A stretch of DNA of 64,000 nucleotides from Truepera sp. (GCA_965218435.1 CBDCKW010000009.1:864001-928000), one strand, 5' to 3'; numbered from the stretch's first letter, positions 28,402 to 38,599 are shown. The notes: a model not told the origin generated them from the letters alone. Translations and numbers: made by a program.

Positions 28402-29091
28402 ATGACCCGGCCCCTCTACATTCTTGCAGCGTGTCTCGGACTCGCCGCTTGTGCGCCCGCTCCAGCTGCGCGGATCAGCGTCACCCAGCTCAGCGAAGCC
28501 CCGACCTACTACCCGCACCCGACAGGCGCGGTGTGGTCGTATCTCCCCGAAGGTGAGGCAGAAACTGCGCCCGTTCTTACCCAACGTGTCGAAGGTCCGA
28601 CGCTGATTGACGGACGGACACTGACGGCGTGGCACGCGACCGGACGCGGCTTTGATACCCGCACCTACCGCGATTACCGGGGCGACGGCGTGTTTATCCC
28701 CCGTGAAACCGGCCCCGGTTACGTGACGACCATCACGCCCGCCATCCGTGAGTGGCCCCGTGAACGGACGCTCAAGATTGGCTCGAGCTGGGGCGGCGAA
28801 GCCACGGCGACCATCAACTTTACCGACGCGGGCAAACGCGAACAGGTGCGGCTCGAGTACCGTTACGAAGTCGTAGATCAGCGCCCGGTTACGACGCCCG
28901 CCGGAACCTTTGACGTGTTCGTCGTTTCGTTTGAAAGCCGTTCGTACGGCGAAACAGGGGAGACCCAAGAGATCTTGCGGCAAGAGCTGTGGTTTGCGCC
29001 CTTTATCGGTGAGGTCAAAACCGACACCGGACTTTTTTTGCTCGAGACAAACCTACGCTCTGACGAGGCGGCTCCTGAAGACCCGAACTAG
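28402..29091 (+). CDS. Hypothetical lipoprotein
   Basis: Lipobox LAAC; VTTPAGTFD motif and ELWFAPFIGEVK; leaderless TAGACT box. Confidence 0.75.
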   Translation: MTRPLYILAACLGLAACAPAPAARISVTQLSEAPTYYPHPTGAVWSYLPEGEAETAPVLTQRVEGPTLIDGRTLTAWHATGRGFDTRTYRDYRGDGVFIPRETGPGYVTTITPAIREWPRERTLKIGSSWGGEATATINFTDAGKREQVRLEYRYEVVDQRPVTTPAGTFDVFVVSFESRSYGETGETQEILRQELWFAPFIGEVKTDTGLFLLETNLRSDEAAPEDPN

Positions 29092-29299
29092 GTTGTTGCG
29101 GCCCAACCCAGCGATGAACAGTCGCTAAACGCCATGCTTGACGATAAGCTGAGGCGGTCTGGGTACACTTACTTGTACGGCTTTTACCCCACACGTCCTA
29201 CAAAGCAATCCGGCCGAGGCTTGGTAGACTGGCCTATGTCCGACCCTTTTTATGCCTTAGTCTGCTCGCCGAGTGTCCCATGTCGAGGAGGTGCGCAAT

Positions 29300-31180
29300 A
29301 TGGCGATTCTTGAACGCGTCAACTCGACTGACGATGTTTCGGCGCTGTCAAAACCCGAACTTCACGAGCTAGCTGACGAACTGCGGAGCGAGATCATCCG
29401 GGTATGTTCGCTTGGCGGTGGGCATTTGGCCTCGAGCCTCGGCGCGGTCGAACTCACGGTGGCGCTGCATCACCTCTACAACACGGCGACGGACCGCATC
29501 GTCTGGGACGTGGGTCATCAGACCTACGGCCACAAGATCATCACCGGGCGTAAAGACCGGATTGATACCATCCGGCAACCGGGCGGTCTGGCGGGCTTTA
29601 CCACCACGTCGGAATCGCCACACGACGCGCTGACGGTCGGTCACGCCAGCACGAGTTTGGCGGCGGCCTTCGGGATGGCCTTAGCCCGTGACGCCCGCCA
29701 CGACCCTTACAACGTCATCGCAGTCATCGGGGACGGGTCACTGACCGGTGGGATGGCGCTCGCGGCGCTCAACCAAATCGGTCATGTGAAGCCGAAAATG
29801 ACCATCATCTTAAACGACAACGAGATGTCGATCAGCGAAAATGTGGGTGGATTGAACACCTTTATGCGCACCCTGCAGGTCAAACCGTGGCTCCACAAAG
29901 CCGAGGCGACGAGCAAGGCGACGCTCGCGCAGATTTGGGAACCGCTCGTGGATTTGGGCAGCCGCAGTAAAAAGGCGCTCCGGCGGTTTTTCGACCCGGC
30001 CTCGAGCAACCCCTTTCACGCGATGGGCGTGCGTTACGTCGGGCCGATCGACGGGCACGATATTGACCAACTGCTCTACTACTTAGAGCACGTCCAACAG
30101 CTCGACGGCCCCACCATGCTCCACATCGTCACCAAAAAGGGCAAAGGCTACAAGATTGCCGAATCCGACCCGATCAACTGGCACGGCGCGTCGAAGTTTG
30201 ACCCGGACAATCCCATCGTTGCGGGTAAGGGTTACACCTGGGCAGGCGCGTTCGGCGACGCCGCGAGCAAGCTCGCTGACTTTGACGACCGCGTGTGGGT
30301 CATTACCCCGGCGATGCGTGAGGGCAGCGGTTTGGTTGAATATTCCAAAATACACCCGGAACGCTACCTCGATGTGGGCATTGCCGAAGACGTCGCGGTG
30401 ACGACGGCGGCGGGTCTCGCGCTGCGCGGTGAAAAACCGATCGTCGCCATCTACAGCACCTTTTTACAACGCGGTTACGATCAGGTCATTCACGACGTCT
30501 GTCTTGAAAACTTAGACGTGATCTTCGCAGTTGACCGGGCCGGTCTGGTTGGTGGTGACGGTGCGACGCACCAGGGTGTCTACGATTTGGCCTATTTGCG
30601 GGCGCTACCGAACATGTCCGTGGCGATGCCCAAAGACGCCGCCGAAATGCACGCGATGCTGAAAACGGCGCTCCGGCTGGGCGGCCCCAAGGCGCTCCGC
30701 TGGCCGCGCGGCAAGACGCTCGAGGCTCCCGACGGCGGCGCAGAGACGTGGCCGGAACTGGGGTGGGGGACGTGGGAGGTCATCAAACCCGGCCAATGCG
30801 CCTACATTTTAGGGCTCGGCCCGACGCTCATCTATGCGCTCGAGGCCGCCCAAGGCTTAGACGACGTCGGCGTGGTCAACGCCCGCTTTATCAAACCGCT
30901 CGACGAGGCGATGCTCACGCGCCTCGCACGTGAAGCCGACGTGCTGATCACCGTAGAAGACCATGTGCTGACCGGCGGGCTCGGGACCGCGGTCGCTGAA
31001 GTTCTGCAAGATAAACACCTCGACGTGTCGCTGATTCGCCTCGGCATTCCCGACGAACACGTCCCACACGGTGACCCGGTAGCGCAGCACGAAGCGTATG
31101 GTTACGGACCCAAAGGGATTCGGCAGACCTTGGTACGGCTCGGGCTTACCGACCGGGTACTCTTAGAAGCGTCCGACTAG
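29300..31180 (+). CDS. dxs: 1-deoxy-D-xylulose-5-phosphate synthase
   Basis: GGHLASSLGAVEL, WDVGHQ, GDGSLTGG..NDNEMSI, YSTFLQRGYDQ, DRAG; GAGGAGG RBS. Confidence 0.96.
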   Translation: MAILERVNSTDDVSALSKPELHELADELRSEIIRVCSLGGGHLASSLGAVELTVALHHLYNTATDRIVWDVGHQTYGHKIITGRKDRIDTIRQPGGLAGFTTTSESPHDALTVGHASTSLAAAFGMALARDARHDPYNVIAVIGDGSLTGGMALAALNQIGHVKPKMTIILNDNEMSISENVGGLNTFMRTLQVKPWLHKAEATSKATLAQIWEPLVDLGSRSKKALRRFFDPASSNPFHAMGVRYVGPIDGHDIDQLLYYLEHVQQLDGPTMLHIVTKKGKGYKIAESDPINWHGASKFDPDNPIVAGKGYTWAGAFGDAASKLADFDDRVWVITPAMREGSGLVEYSKIHPERYLDVGIAEDVAVTTAAGLALRGEKPIVAIYSTFLQRGYDQVIHDVCLENLDVIFAVDRAGLVGGDGATHQGVYDLAYLRALPNMSVAMPKDAAEMHAMLKTALRLGGPKALRWPRGKTLEAPDGGAETWPELGWGTWEVIKPGQCAYILGLGPTLIYALEAAQGLDDVGVVNARFIKPLDEAMLTRLAREADVLITVEDHVLTGGLGTAVAEVLQDKHLDVSLIRLGIPDEHVPHGDPVAQHEAYGYGPKGIRQTLVRLGLTDRVLLEASD

Positions 31181-31211
31181 CGGGCGCTCACCTGTACTTA
31201 ACAACCCGTGC

Positions 31212-31240
31212 TTGACACCCCACAAGCGAGTAGGTATGCT
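31212..31240 (+). promoter_or_regulatory. Sigma70 promoter of tRNA-Asp
   Basis: TTGACA-17 bp-TATGCT. Confidence 0.8.
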
Positions 31241-31253
31241 CGAGCTTAGGCGT

Positions 31254-31329
31254 GGAGCCGTAGTGTAGGGGTTAGCATATCTGCCTGTCACGCAGAAGGT
31301 CGCGGGTTCAAATCCCGTCGGCTCCGCCA
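31254..31329 (+). tRNA. tRNA-Asp(GTC)
   Basis: GGAGCCG/CGGCTCC acceptor stem, CTGTCAC anticodon loop, GGTTCAAATCC T-loop, encoded CCA. Confidence 0.97.
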
Positions 31330-31358
31330 CAAAAAATCCAGACAGGCAAAACACAGTC

Positions 31359-31382
31359 AAAACCGGACGGCTGTCCGGTTTT
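31359..31382. terminator. Bidirectional intrinsic terminator
   Basis: AAAACCGGAC-GGCT-GTCCGGTTTT. Confidence 0.85.
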
Positions 31383-31401
31383 CTCGTATTCAGGCCGTGC
31401 T

Positions 31402-32394
31402 TTACTCCGCCAGCTCGAAGGCCACGTCAGGTAAAAATTCACCTGCGGTGGAGCCCTGACCGACGCCGCAATCTCCGTCGGATTCGTCCGGCGCTTTGAC
31501 CCACAAAAGAAACTCGAGCCCCGTCTTACCCGCGACGTTACGCGACGTCACGCCGAGCTTGCGCCCCGCCGGGTTGCACCAATCGTTGCCCGGACCTGTC
31601 CCGTTCCGGCTCGTGTCAATTACAAAGCGCGTGTGGCCGCCGAGCAACCGGACGATTCTGTCGCCGTAGCTTCGACTTTCCTCGGTCGTTCGGTAGTTCG
31701 AGGTGTTGAGCGCGAAGCCTGCCGCCTTGCCGACGTCGGCTGCTTTTAACCGAGCCGCCATGTCCGCCGCAGATTTCCAGTTCGAATTGCCCGCATCCAA
31801 GTAGACTTTGGCGTTTGGTGCCTGACGGCTAAACTCGTTTACGGCAAACTCGAGCAAGCCCGTGACGAGTTCGGTATTTATGCCCTTTTGACAATCAAGT
31901 AGGAGCGGCAGCGCGTCGGGCTCGAGCACGACCACTGCCTGACGTTGCCCGAGACCCCCCGCAAAGTTACGAATCCAAGTTTTATACGCCTCGGCGCTGC
32001 CCGCACCGCCGGAGCTGAACTGCCCGCAGTCGCGTCCGGGAATGTTATACGCGACCAAAATAGGGGTCTTGCCCGCCTTCGCTGCGGCTCCCGCATACGC
32101 CGATACCGCTTGCCTGACGTCCGGCGTCCAGTCACCGACCCATTTACCCTGCGGCTGACGGGCGATTTTGTCCCGCAGCACTGCGGCTTTGGGGTCTACA
32201 GGGTTGCTGCTAACCCAGTTAGCCGCCGCGCTACCGGGGTCCACATAAAACGGGCTGTCGCTAACAGAAGTTGGTCTGCTGCGGCCGTTGACTGTGTCGT
32301 CACCAACCGAATTTTTAGTGACGCCACTGCCGATTGCCAAACCTGACAGGAGCAGGCAAAGCAGCGAGCTACCCAAGTTGCGCATCAGTCTCAT
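31402..32394 (-). CDS. Secreted glycoside hydrolase family 6 (endoglucanase/cellulase)
   Basis: FYVDP, YNIPGRDC, VLEPDAL, VYLDAGNSNW, FVIDTSRNG, WCNP, LWVKAPDESDG; signal peptide. Confidence 0.92.
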   Translation of the reverse strand: MRLMRNLGSSLLCLLLSGLAIGSGVTKNSVGDDTVNGRSRPTSVSDSPFYVDPGSAAANWVSSNPVDPKAAVLRDKIARQPQGKWVGDWTPDVRQAVSAYAGAAAKAGKTPILVAYNIPGRDCGQFSSGGAGSAEAYKTWIRNFAGGLGQRQAVVVLEPDALPLLLDCQKGINTELVTGLLEFAVNEFSRQAPNAKVYLDAGNSNWKSAADMAARLKAADVGKAAGFALNTSNYRTTEESRSYGDRIVRLLGGHTRFVIDTSRNGTGPGNDWCNPAGRKLGVTSRNVAGKTGLEFLLWVKAPDESDGDCGVGQGSTAGEFLPDVAFELAE

Positions 32395-32537
32395 AAGGCC
32401 CTCTCCAGCTATGAATGACTCTATTGTTACCACGGTTGCTGCGCACTCTATAAAAGTCGTCGGAACGACCGGGGCTAGGGCGTCAACTATAGGGTACATC
32501 TTGCACTCTCCCCGCCTTTCTCTTGATACCGTAAGGC

Positions 32538-33203
32538 GTGCCTATTCCGCTTTTCCCGCTGCCGGAACTCGTCGTCTTTCCCGGTATGACGCTGCCGCTA
32601 TTTATCTTTGAAGAGCGTTACCGTAAGATGATCCGAGACTGTGTGGAGCAGAGTCAGCGCCGCGTCGCGCTCGTGCTGGCCGGACCGGAAGCGCAGATCA
32701 GCGACGTACCCGAGTTGCAAGGGATCGCCGCGATAGGTTCGTTTGTAGATATCTTATCGGTAATGGAAAATGCCGACGGAACCTTTAACGTCCTGACGCA
32801 CGGGCAAGAACGCTGTTATATCAGACTTTCGCACAGCGAAGACGTCACCGCGCCCGACGGCAGTACTAGTCAGCTTCACTACACCGAAGATTTGCCCTAT
32901 CTTTTAGAGCGCGACGACCCGAACCGGGAGCGGCTCGCGGCTTGGGACGCGCTCGAGGTCTTTTACCGGTACGCGCAAGCTTTTTTTGCCGAAGGTGCCC
33001 AGGCTCAGCTCGAGGAGGCGCTCCCTGAAGACCTCCTTTTTCAAGCCTCGTTTATCTGCGCCAACTTGAGGCTTCCCGCTAGCGTGCGTCAGGAACTGCT
33101 CGAGGCCCCGTCGCTCATCGGGCGTTTTAGCGCGGCGCAGCGCCGGATGGAGGAGCAACTCCGGAGTTATTCGCCCAGTACCGAACGGCTGGACCTCAAC
33201 TAA
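32538..33203 (+). CDS. LON peptidase substrate-binding domain protein
   Basis: IPLFPL..VVFPGMTLPLFIFEERYRKMI; RQELLE. Confidence 0.85.
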   Translation: MPIPLFPLPELVVFPGMTLPLFIFEERYRKMIRDCVEQSQRRVALVLAGPEAQISDVPELQGIAAIGSFVDILSVMENADGTFNVLTHGQERCYIRLSHSEDVTAPDGSTSQLHYTEDLPYLLERDDPNRERLAAWDALEVFYRYAQAFFAEGAQAQLEEALPEDLLFQASFICANLRLPASVRQELLEAPSLIGRFSAAQRRMEEQLRSYSPSTERLDLN

Positions 33204-33214
33204 ATGACCTTTAG

Positions 33215-34306
33215 ATGACTCCCGAAACGAGCCCAGCTACAAACCCGGTACAGCCCGACTTTCGCTTTCGCTGGAGCGAGTTGCCGCCCCTGACCGCTCA
33301 GCTACCGGGGAGCGGGGGGCGTATCCGTGAGGTGCTGGAAGATTTTACGGTCGAAGAGGTGCCGCTCTATCTGCCCGAAGGTTCGGGTTCGCACGCCTAC
33401 GCGCGGGTTGAAAAACGCGGCTTGACGACCCGCGATCTGGTATTAGCTTTGCTGCGTCAAGGACTCAAAGAAAAAGAGATCGGCGTCGCCGGACTTAAAG
33501 ATAAATACGCCGTCACGACGCAGTGGTTGAGTGTCCCCAACCGTCACGCGGCGGCGCTCGCGGCGCTCACCGAGCTCGACGGAGTGAGAGTCTTAGAGAC
33601 CTCGAGACACCGCAACAAACTCGGCATCGGGCACCTGCGCGGCAACCGCTTTAGCATTCGTGTTCGGGGAGGCGACCCGGCGGCGGCGGCGGCTGTGCTC
33701 GAGGTTCTTAAAACAGCGGGCGTCCCTAACTACTTCGGTCCCCAGCGGTTTGGCCGTTTTGGAACCAACGCCGTAGACGGCTTGAAACTCATCCGGGGTG
33801 AACACGTTCCCGGCGGGCACCGGCTTAAACGGTTTTTTTTGTCGGCGTTGCAGTCGCTGCTGTTTAACCAGATGCTGAGCGTGCGGTTGGAGCGCGGACT
33901 TTATGGCAGCGTCGTGCAGGGCGATTGGGCTAAAAAACGCGAGACGGGCGGCGTCTTCGTCGTCGAAGATGCTGAAGTCGAACAGCCTCGAGCTGAACGC
34001 GGCGACATCTCCGCAACCCTGCCGCTCTACGGCAAAAAGGTCAAGGTCAGCGGGTTTGACGCGGGCGCTTTAGAAGCGGAAACGCTCGCCTACTTCGGTC
34101 TCCGCTGGAGCGACTTTACCGCCCGCAAGGGCTCACGCCGCCCGAGCCGTATTTTTTTAGACGACGCCGTGCTTACACCGGAGGACGACGGTTATATCTT
34201 CGCCTTTACGCTGCAAAAAGGGTCGTTTGCAACGAGTGTGCTACGCGAAGTGATGAAAGTTGAAGTGGATGAACCGCTTGGTGATGGGGAAGACGACGAA
34301 GCGTAG
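33215..34306 (+). CDS. truD: tRNA pseudouridine(13) synthase
   Basis: EDFTVEE, AGLKDKYAVTTQW, GHLRGNRF, PNYFGPQRFG, GSFATSVLRE. Confidence 0.95.
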   Translation: MTPETSPATNPVQPDFRFRWSELPPLTAQLPGSGGRIREVLEDFTVEEVPLYLPEGSGSHAYARVEKRGLTTRDLVLALLRQGLKEKEIGVAGLKDKYAVTTQWLSVPNRHAAALAALTELDGVRVLETSRHRNKLGIGHLRGNRFSIRVRGGDPAAAAAVLEVLKTAGVPNYFGPQRFGRFGTNAVDGLKLIRGEHVPGGHRLKRFFLSALQSLLFNQMLSVRLERGLYGSVVQGDWAKKRETGGVFVVEDAEVEQPRAERGDISATLPLYGKKVKVSGFDAGALEAETLAYFGLRWSDFTARKGSRRPSRIFLDDAVLTPEDDGYIFAFTLQKGSFATSVLREVMKVEVDEPLGDGEDDEA

Positions 34307-34399
34307 CGTTGAAATAAGTCGTGAGTTTACAAATCGCGTCCTTTTGACTACTATCTAAACAGGGGAGACAAACTAGATAGTCGTTAGGAGATATATACG

Positions 34400-34879
34400 A
34401 TGACGAAACCGGCGTGTTTGCGATTTGTTAGCTTGCTTATACTTACACTTACTTTGTCGGCTTGCGGCCTGCGGCCTCCCTTCACGGTTTTTGTCAGTGC
34501 AACGAATTGGGGTGCACAAAGTAGTCCGGGCGATAAAAACACCTACTGTGCGGGGGGCTTGAAAACGCGTGTAGCTGTAGGCAGCGTTGTAGCTGAAACA
34601 TCGCTGGCACCTCTGGGAGACGGTACCGAAACCGATTTCTTAATGCCTGAGACCGCTCCGGCAGGTACGGAGATGACGACCGAGGCGTGGTGCTACGGCG
34701 AGGGTGGAGAGGAGGTCGCTTACGCTCGGGTGACGCGACCTTATGCTTACACACAGATTTTGACAATTGACGCGCGTGCGCCTAGTACCCTGTATCCTTA
34801 CCAACCTGGTGTTGATGACTGCTCAAAGCTCACAGAGCAGCGTGGTCCGCCAATCTGTATCGCCAGCGATTTGTTTTAG
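34400..34879 (+). CDS. Hypothetical lipoprotein
   Basis: AGGAG RBS; lipobox LSAC; four further Cys in the mature part. Confidence 0.7.
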   Translation: MTKPACLRFVSLLILTLTLSACGLRPPFTVFVSATNWGAQSSPGDKNTYCAGGLKTRVAVGSVVAETSLAPLGDGTETDFLMPETAPAGTEMTTEAWCYGEGGEEVAYARVTRPYAYTQILTIDARAPSTLYPYQPGVDDCSKLTEQRGPPICIASDLF

Positions 34880-34959
34880 CTAGAGTTTGTGCGGGCGTGA
34901 CTTCGGTACACCCGCACTTTTTTCAGTAGCAGCGTTACTTCGCAAATTGGAGGAAACCA

Positions 34960-35169
34960 ATGAAACGTCTTGGAACCTTTTTTATCTTCGCTTCTCTGCT
35001 GCTTCTAACAGCCTGCCCGCAAACGAGCACCTCAAAACCAGTTGAACCAGCAAGGGTTTACGAAGGTCTAAACCGGCGCACCGCCAACTCCACGACAAAC
35101 ACCCCCAGTGCCGCGAGCGCAAACCACCGCCACACCGTGCTCCGCTCTCTGGGCAGCTCAGGCGCGTAA
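34960..35169 (+). pseudogene. Truncated lipoprotein N-terminus
   Basis: GGAGG RBS and signal peptide with LTAC lipobox; runs into the 3' end of the convergent VWA gene after ~33 codons. Confidence 0.5.
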
Positions 35170-37463
35170 GCAGCAGCGTCTTCGATCACTTGGCCACCGG
35201 TCCGCGCGGCAATTTCGCGCAGCAAAGCTTGCCCGCCCGCCGTCTCAAATTCACTGTCAGGGGCGTTCACCTGCGTCCGAGCGACGACTTCACCGCCGCG
35301 TGAAACGCTCAGGCTGCCCGTACCTTGGGAGCGGGGCAACTCGCCTTCGTAACGGCCGGGGGCAACCTGCTCGAGCCCCACTACCTCGCCCCCGTACCGC
35401 GCCGAGAGGGTTTCGCCGTTGATAAACTCGCCTCCGGCTACCGCGTCGAGCACCACGTGCAGCTTGTCGCCGTCGGGCGTGGCGGTGACTTCATAGGTTT
35501 CCGGCCGAACTTGCAGCCAGTGCGTCACGGTGCCGAGCACCCCGGGGAGCGCGGACCAGCTGCCAAAATCTCCGGCAAAAGCGTTCAGATCGGTGGTAAG
35601 TGCGGCACTGCGCCCCAGTCCCTGACGGCTGACTGCGAGCACAGGTTCTTTGTCTTCGCCTTCAAAGATGAGGTCGCTGCCGTTTTTTAAGGTGGTGGCG
35701 ATGTAAGCCCCAACTTTGGGTGGCGTTAAATTATTCGGGGTCAGCGGACTTGCCCGCACCCGGACCGGTAGCGGGCCTTGGCGGAGCAGCGAGCGGGTTG
35801 CGGTCAACGCCTCGCTGGTAAAGATGCGGGGCAAGGTGCTCACGTCGAGCGCCTCGTAGTAGCGCCCGCCCCCGGCTCTGGCAATTTCCGCCAGCCTCGC
35901 CGTATCAGCCTCCGCGCCGATAGCGATGCTCGAGGTGGTAATCCCGTCGCGCCTCCCGGCCTCCGCGAGCGCCCTAAAATCGAAGCCGTTACTGCCGCTG
36001 CTAAAGGGGCCGCCCCCGTCCGAGACGCGCCCGTCGGTCAAGAGGATAATGTGTTTGATCGAGGCGCGGCTCCCCCGTAAACTGCGGAGTCCGGCGCGGT
36101 AGGCGGGTTCTAAGAGCGTGCCACCCCCGGCCTGCACATCTAAGATGGCTTGCAACATCTCGCGTTTGCCCTGAGACGTGGCCGTGCGGAGCTTAAATAC
36201 CCACTGTTCAGAATCGCTAAAGGTCAAAAACCCGAGTTGGTCGCGTTCATACGCCAAGTCCACAACCTCAATGGCACCCTCTTTGGCAAGCTCGAGCTTC
36301 GTCGGGTTGCCCGTAGACATCGACTGCGAACGGTCCATGACAATGACAAGCGCGACTAAAGGCAGTTTGACGTTGCTGCGAACGTCAGTCGAGACCGGCA
36401 ACACCGCCTCGACCGGGGTGCGGTACCAACCGCCGAGACCAAAACTCGCAGGGCCGCCCGCCATCATCAGGCCGCCCCCTTCCTCGACGTAAGAGCGGAG
36501 GAGCTCGAGCTGCCCCGTCGAAAAGGCTGCTGCACCTTCACGTAACACGATGGCGCTGTAGGCGAGCGGCGCACGGATACGCTCCGGGCCGCCCCGGACG
36601 ACCGTAAACCCTTGCGCCGTTAAAAGTCTGGCGAGCGCCGGGTCACCCAACACGAGGACGGGTTCATCTTTAGTCACGTCAATTTCGGTACGCGCCACAT
36701 CGTCTTGGAGGGGTTGACTAAACGGCAGGTCAACCGCTGCCTCGACGTCCAGCACGCCCCCATCGGTCCCGGCAGCCGACACGGTAAAACGCAGCGGCGT
36801 TTGGCCTGCGGTGACACGCTTGGTGATGGGAGCGAGCTCTTTGCCGCCGACACGGGGACGCAGCGTCAGGGTGGTGTCGCGGTCACTCTCGATAACTGCG
36901 GTAATCTCGGCCCTGGCCCCCGGACTGAGCCGCGCCGGAGCCAACAGTTCACGGAGCTGCACATTGCCGAGGCTGGGGGTGTAGAGCACGTCTACCGGCA
37001 CATCCGGCAGGGACGCGAGCGCGTCCCCTTGTGACTCGGCTCCGTCACTTACCAGCAGCAACCGCCCCGCGCCCGTCGCGGCTCCGACCTGAAGTGCCCG
37101 CCCGATGTCGGTGCGACCCCGCAGCGTATCTAATTGGGCAGTGTCTAACCGGGTAGTATCCGGCTGAGTATTTTGCGCTCCCCCAGCTGCGGTAGCGGTG
37201 TCCCCGGCAAACTCGAGCGTTACGTCACCTCTGTTAACTAAGGGTGCGGCGGCCTGCTCTGCTGCGTTGCCGACACTTTCAGAGACATCTACCAAAACAC
37301 CTAAAGACGAGTTCTTGGCCGGGAGTGAAGGTTGCGCGAGCGCCACTAAGAGCAGCGCGAGCGTCACCAGACGCAAAAGCCACGGGCCGAAGCGGGCACG
37401 GCCGGGTAACAGGGGGAGCAGCAGCAAGCCTAACAGCACCCACGGCGCGGCAAAGATGTGCAT
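35058..37463 (-). CDS. Membrane-anchored VWA + glutamine-amidotransferase-like domain protein
   Basis: N-terminal BatA-like TM; DVSES and DRSQS MIDAS motifs; GGGLMMAGGPASFGLGGW; TACACT box 5 nt before ATG 37463. Confidence 0.85.
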   Translation of the reverse strand: MHIFAAPWVLLGLLLLPLLPGRARFGPWLLRLVTLALLLVALAQPSLPAKNSSLGVLVDVSESVGNAAEQAAAPLVNRGDVTLEFAGDTATAAGGAQNTQPDTTRLDTAQLDTLRGRTDIGRALQVGAATGAGRLLLVSDGAESQGDALASLPDVPVDVLYTPSLGNVQLRELLAPARLSPGARAEITAVIESDRDTTLTLRPRVGGKELAPITKRVTAGQTPLRFTVSAAGTDGGVLDVEAAVDLPFSQPLQDDVARTEIDVTKDEPVLVLGDPALARLLTAQGFTVVRGGPERIRAPLAYSAIVLREGAAAFSTGQLELLRSYVEEGGGLMMAGGPASFGLGGWYRTPVEAVLPVSTDVRSNVKLPLVALVIVMDRSQSMSTGNPTKLELAKEGAIEVVDLAYERDQLGFLTFSDSEQWVFKLRTATSQGKREMLQAILDVQAGGGTLLEPAYRAGLRSLRGSRASIKHIILLTDGRVSDGGGPFSSGSNGFDFRALAEAGRRDGITTSSIAIGAEADTARLAEIARAGGGRYYEALDVSTLPRIFTSEALTATRSLLRQGPLPVRVRASPLTPNNLTPPKVGAYIATTLKNGSDLIFEGEDKEPVLAVSRQGLGRSAALTTDLNAFAGDFGSWSALPGVLGTVTHWLQVRPETYEVTATPDGDKLHVVLDAVAGGEFINGETLSARYGGEVVGLEQVAPGRYEGELPRSQGTGSLSVSRGGEVVARTQVNAPDSEFETAGGQALLREIAARTGGQVIEDAAAYAPELPRERSTVWRWFALAALGVFVVELAVRRFRPS

Positions 37464-37691
37464 AGGCCAGTGTAGCGCAGGGACCGGAGGCAGTCTGTCG
37501 CCGAATATCTCAATATTTAGGGAGAAGAAGTCGGTAGAAAGAATAAAGTGCCAATTTGGAGGCGGAGCGTGCGTTTTTAGCTGCTTAGCGCGTAACGACG
37601 TAAGCAATACGGCCCAGCTTGGTCAAGAAACAGTGTCTCCCATCTACTCAACACGTAACAACAAGAAATAAGCGTAGAAGTCGGCGTCATT

Positions 37692-37892
37692 CAGGGCTTA
37701 CGCCTATGGACTACAGCGAAGTTTTTGTGTCTCCGTCACTGCCCTATCGAAGGTCAACCAGCTTATAGGTTGCTCTCTACCAACGTCGCCGACGCTGAAC
37801 GTGCAGAAGCTACGCCGAGGTTGGCATGGCCACCGAAAGCCGTACGTTACCTTTACTGGGCTGGTGAAACCTTGTCACAGGCGTAAGCCCTG
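37692..37892. mobile_element. 201-bp MITE
   Basis: Perfect 14-bp TIR CAGGGCTTACGCCT / AGGCGTAAGCCCTG; 8-bp TSD GCGTCATT. Confidence 0.85.
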
Positions 37893-38005
37893 GCGTCATT
37901 TGGAATAACTGCTCGAGCCCACCTTTTCACCTTAAACCTCGCACCTCAAAAAACCTTGCGCTTCAAAGTTTTGTATGGCGGAAGGGACCTTGGTCAGCCG
38001 CCCCC

Positions 38006-38599
38006 TTGCTACCCTATGGGATGGTACGACTGAGCGAAATCCTCGAGCACGACGCCCCGCATCTGGGTATTACCGACCGCAAACAGTTGCTGGCTTTTTA
38101 CGACGCACTTAAAACCGCCTTACGTGAGGCTCGGCTGACGCCTGCAGGCGGCGCACTGCCGAGCAGCTTAAACGAACTCTTGGCGCTCCTTCCGGGTGAG
38201 CCAAAGCCCGCTAAGCGCGACCGCGAGCTGACCGACTGGTCGGTTGACAACGACCTCAAGTACGCCGCTTTTCTCGAGGCTTGGCGCGCCAGGGTGTCGG
38301 TGACAAAGGCCGGAGCCAAACCGAGGGCTGTAGCTGCGCCGCTCTTTCAGGCGGTGACCCGGTTGCAAACCCTTAAAGCACAGGGAGCCAAAAAAGCAGA
38401 ACTGACGGCGGCAGTGAGCACCTTTTTAGAGGTGTACGCGTTGTCACAACACGCGTTGCGGCTGCCGCCGCTGGCGGGTCCGCTGCCCGAACGCTTGCCT
38501 GAAGGGATCAAAATGGACCCACAAGTCACCCTGGGGCGTGACGCCAAAGGGGTTTACGTCGGACTGGTCAAGCGTAAAGGTGACGTACCGCCAACATAG
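38006..38599 (+). CDS. Hypothetical protein (start uncertain, possibly 38021)
   Basis: 197-aa ORF with native-like codon usage; no family recognised. Confidence 0.6.
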   Translation: MLPYGMVRLSEILEHDAPHLGITDRKQLLAFYDALKTALREARLTPAGGALPSSLNELLALLPGEPKPAKRDRELTDWSVDNDLKYAAFLEAWRARVSVTKAGAKPRAVAAPLFQAVTRLQTLKAQGAKKAELTAAVSTFLEVYALSQHALRLPPLAGPLPERLPEGIKMDPQVTLGRDAKGVYVGLVKRKGDVPPT

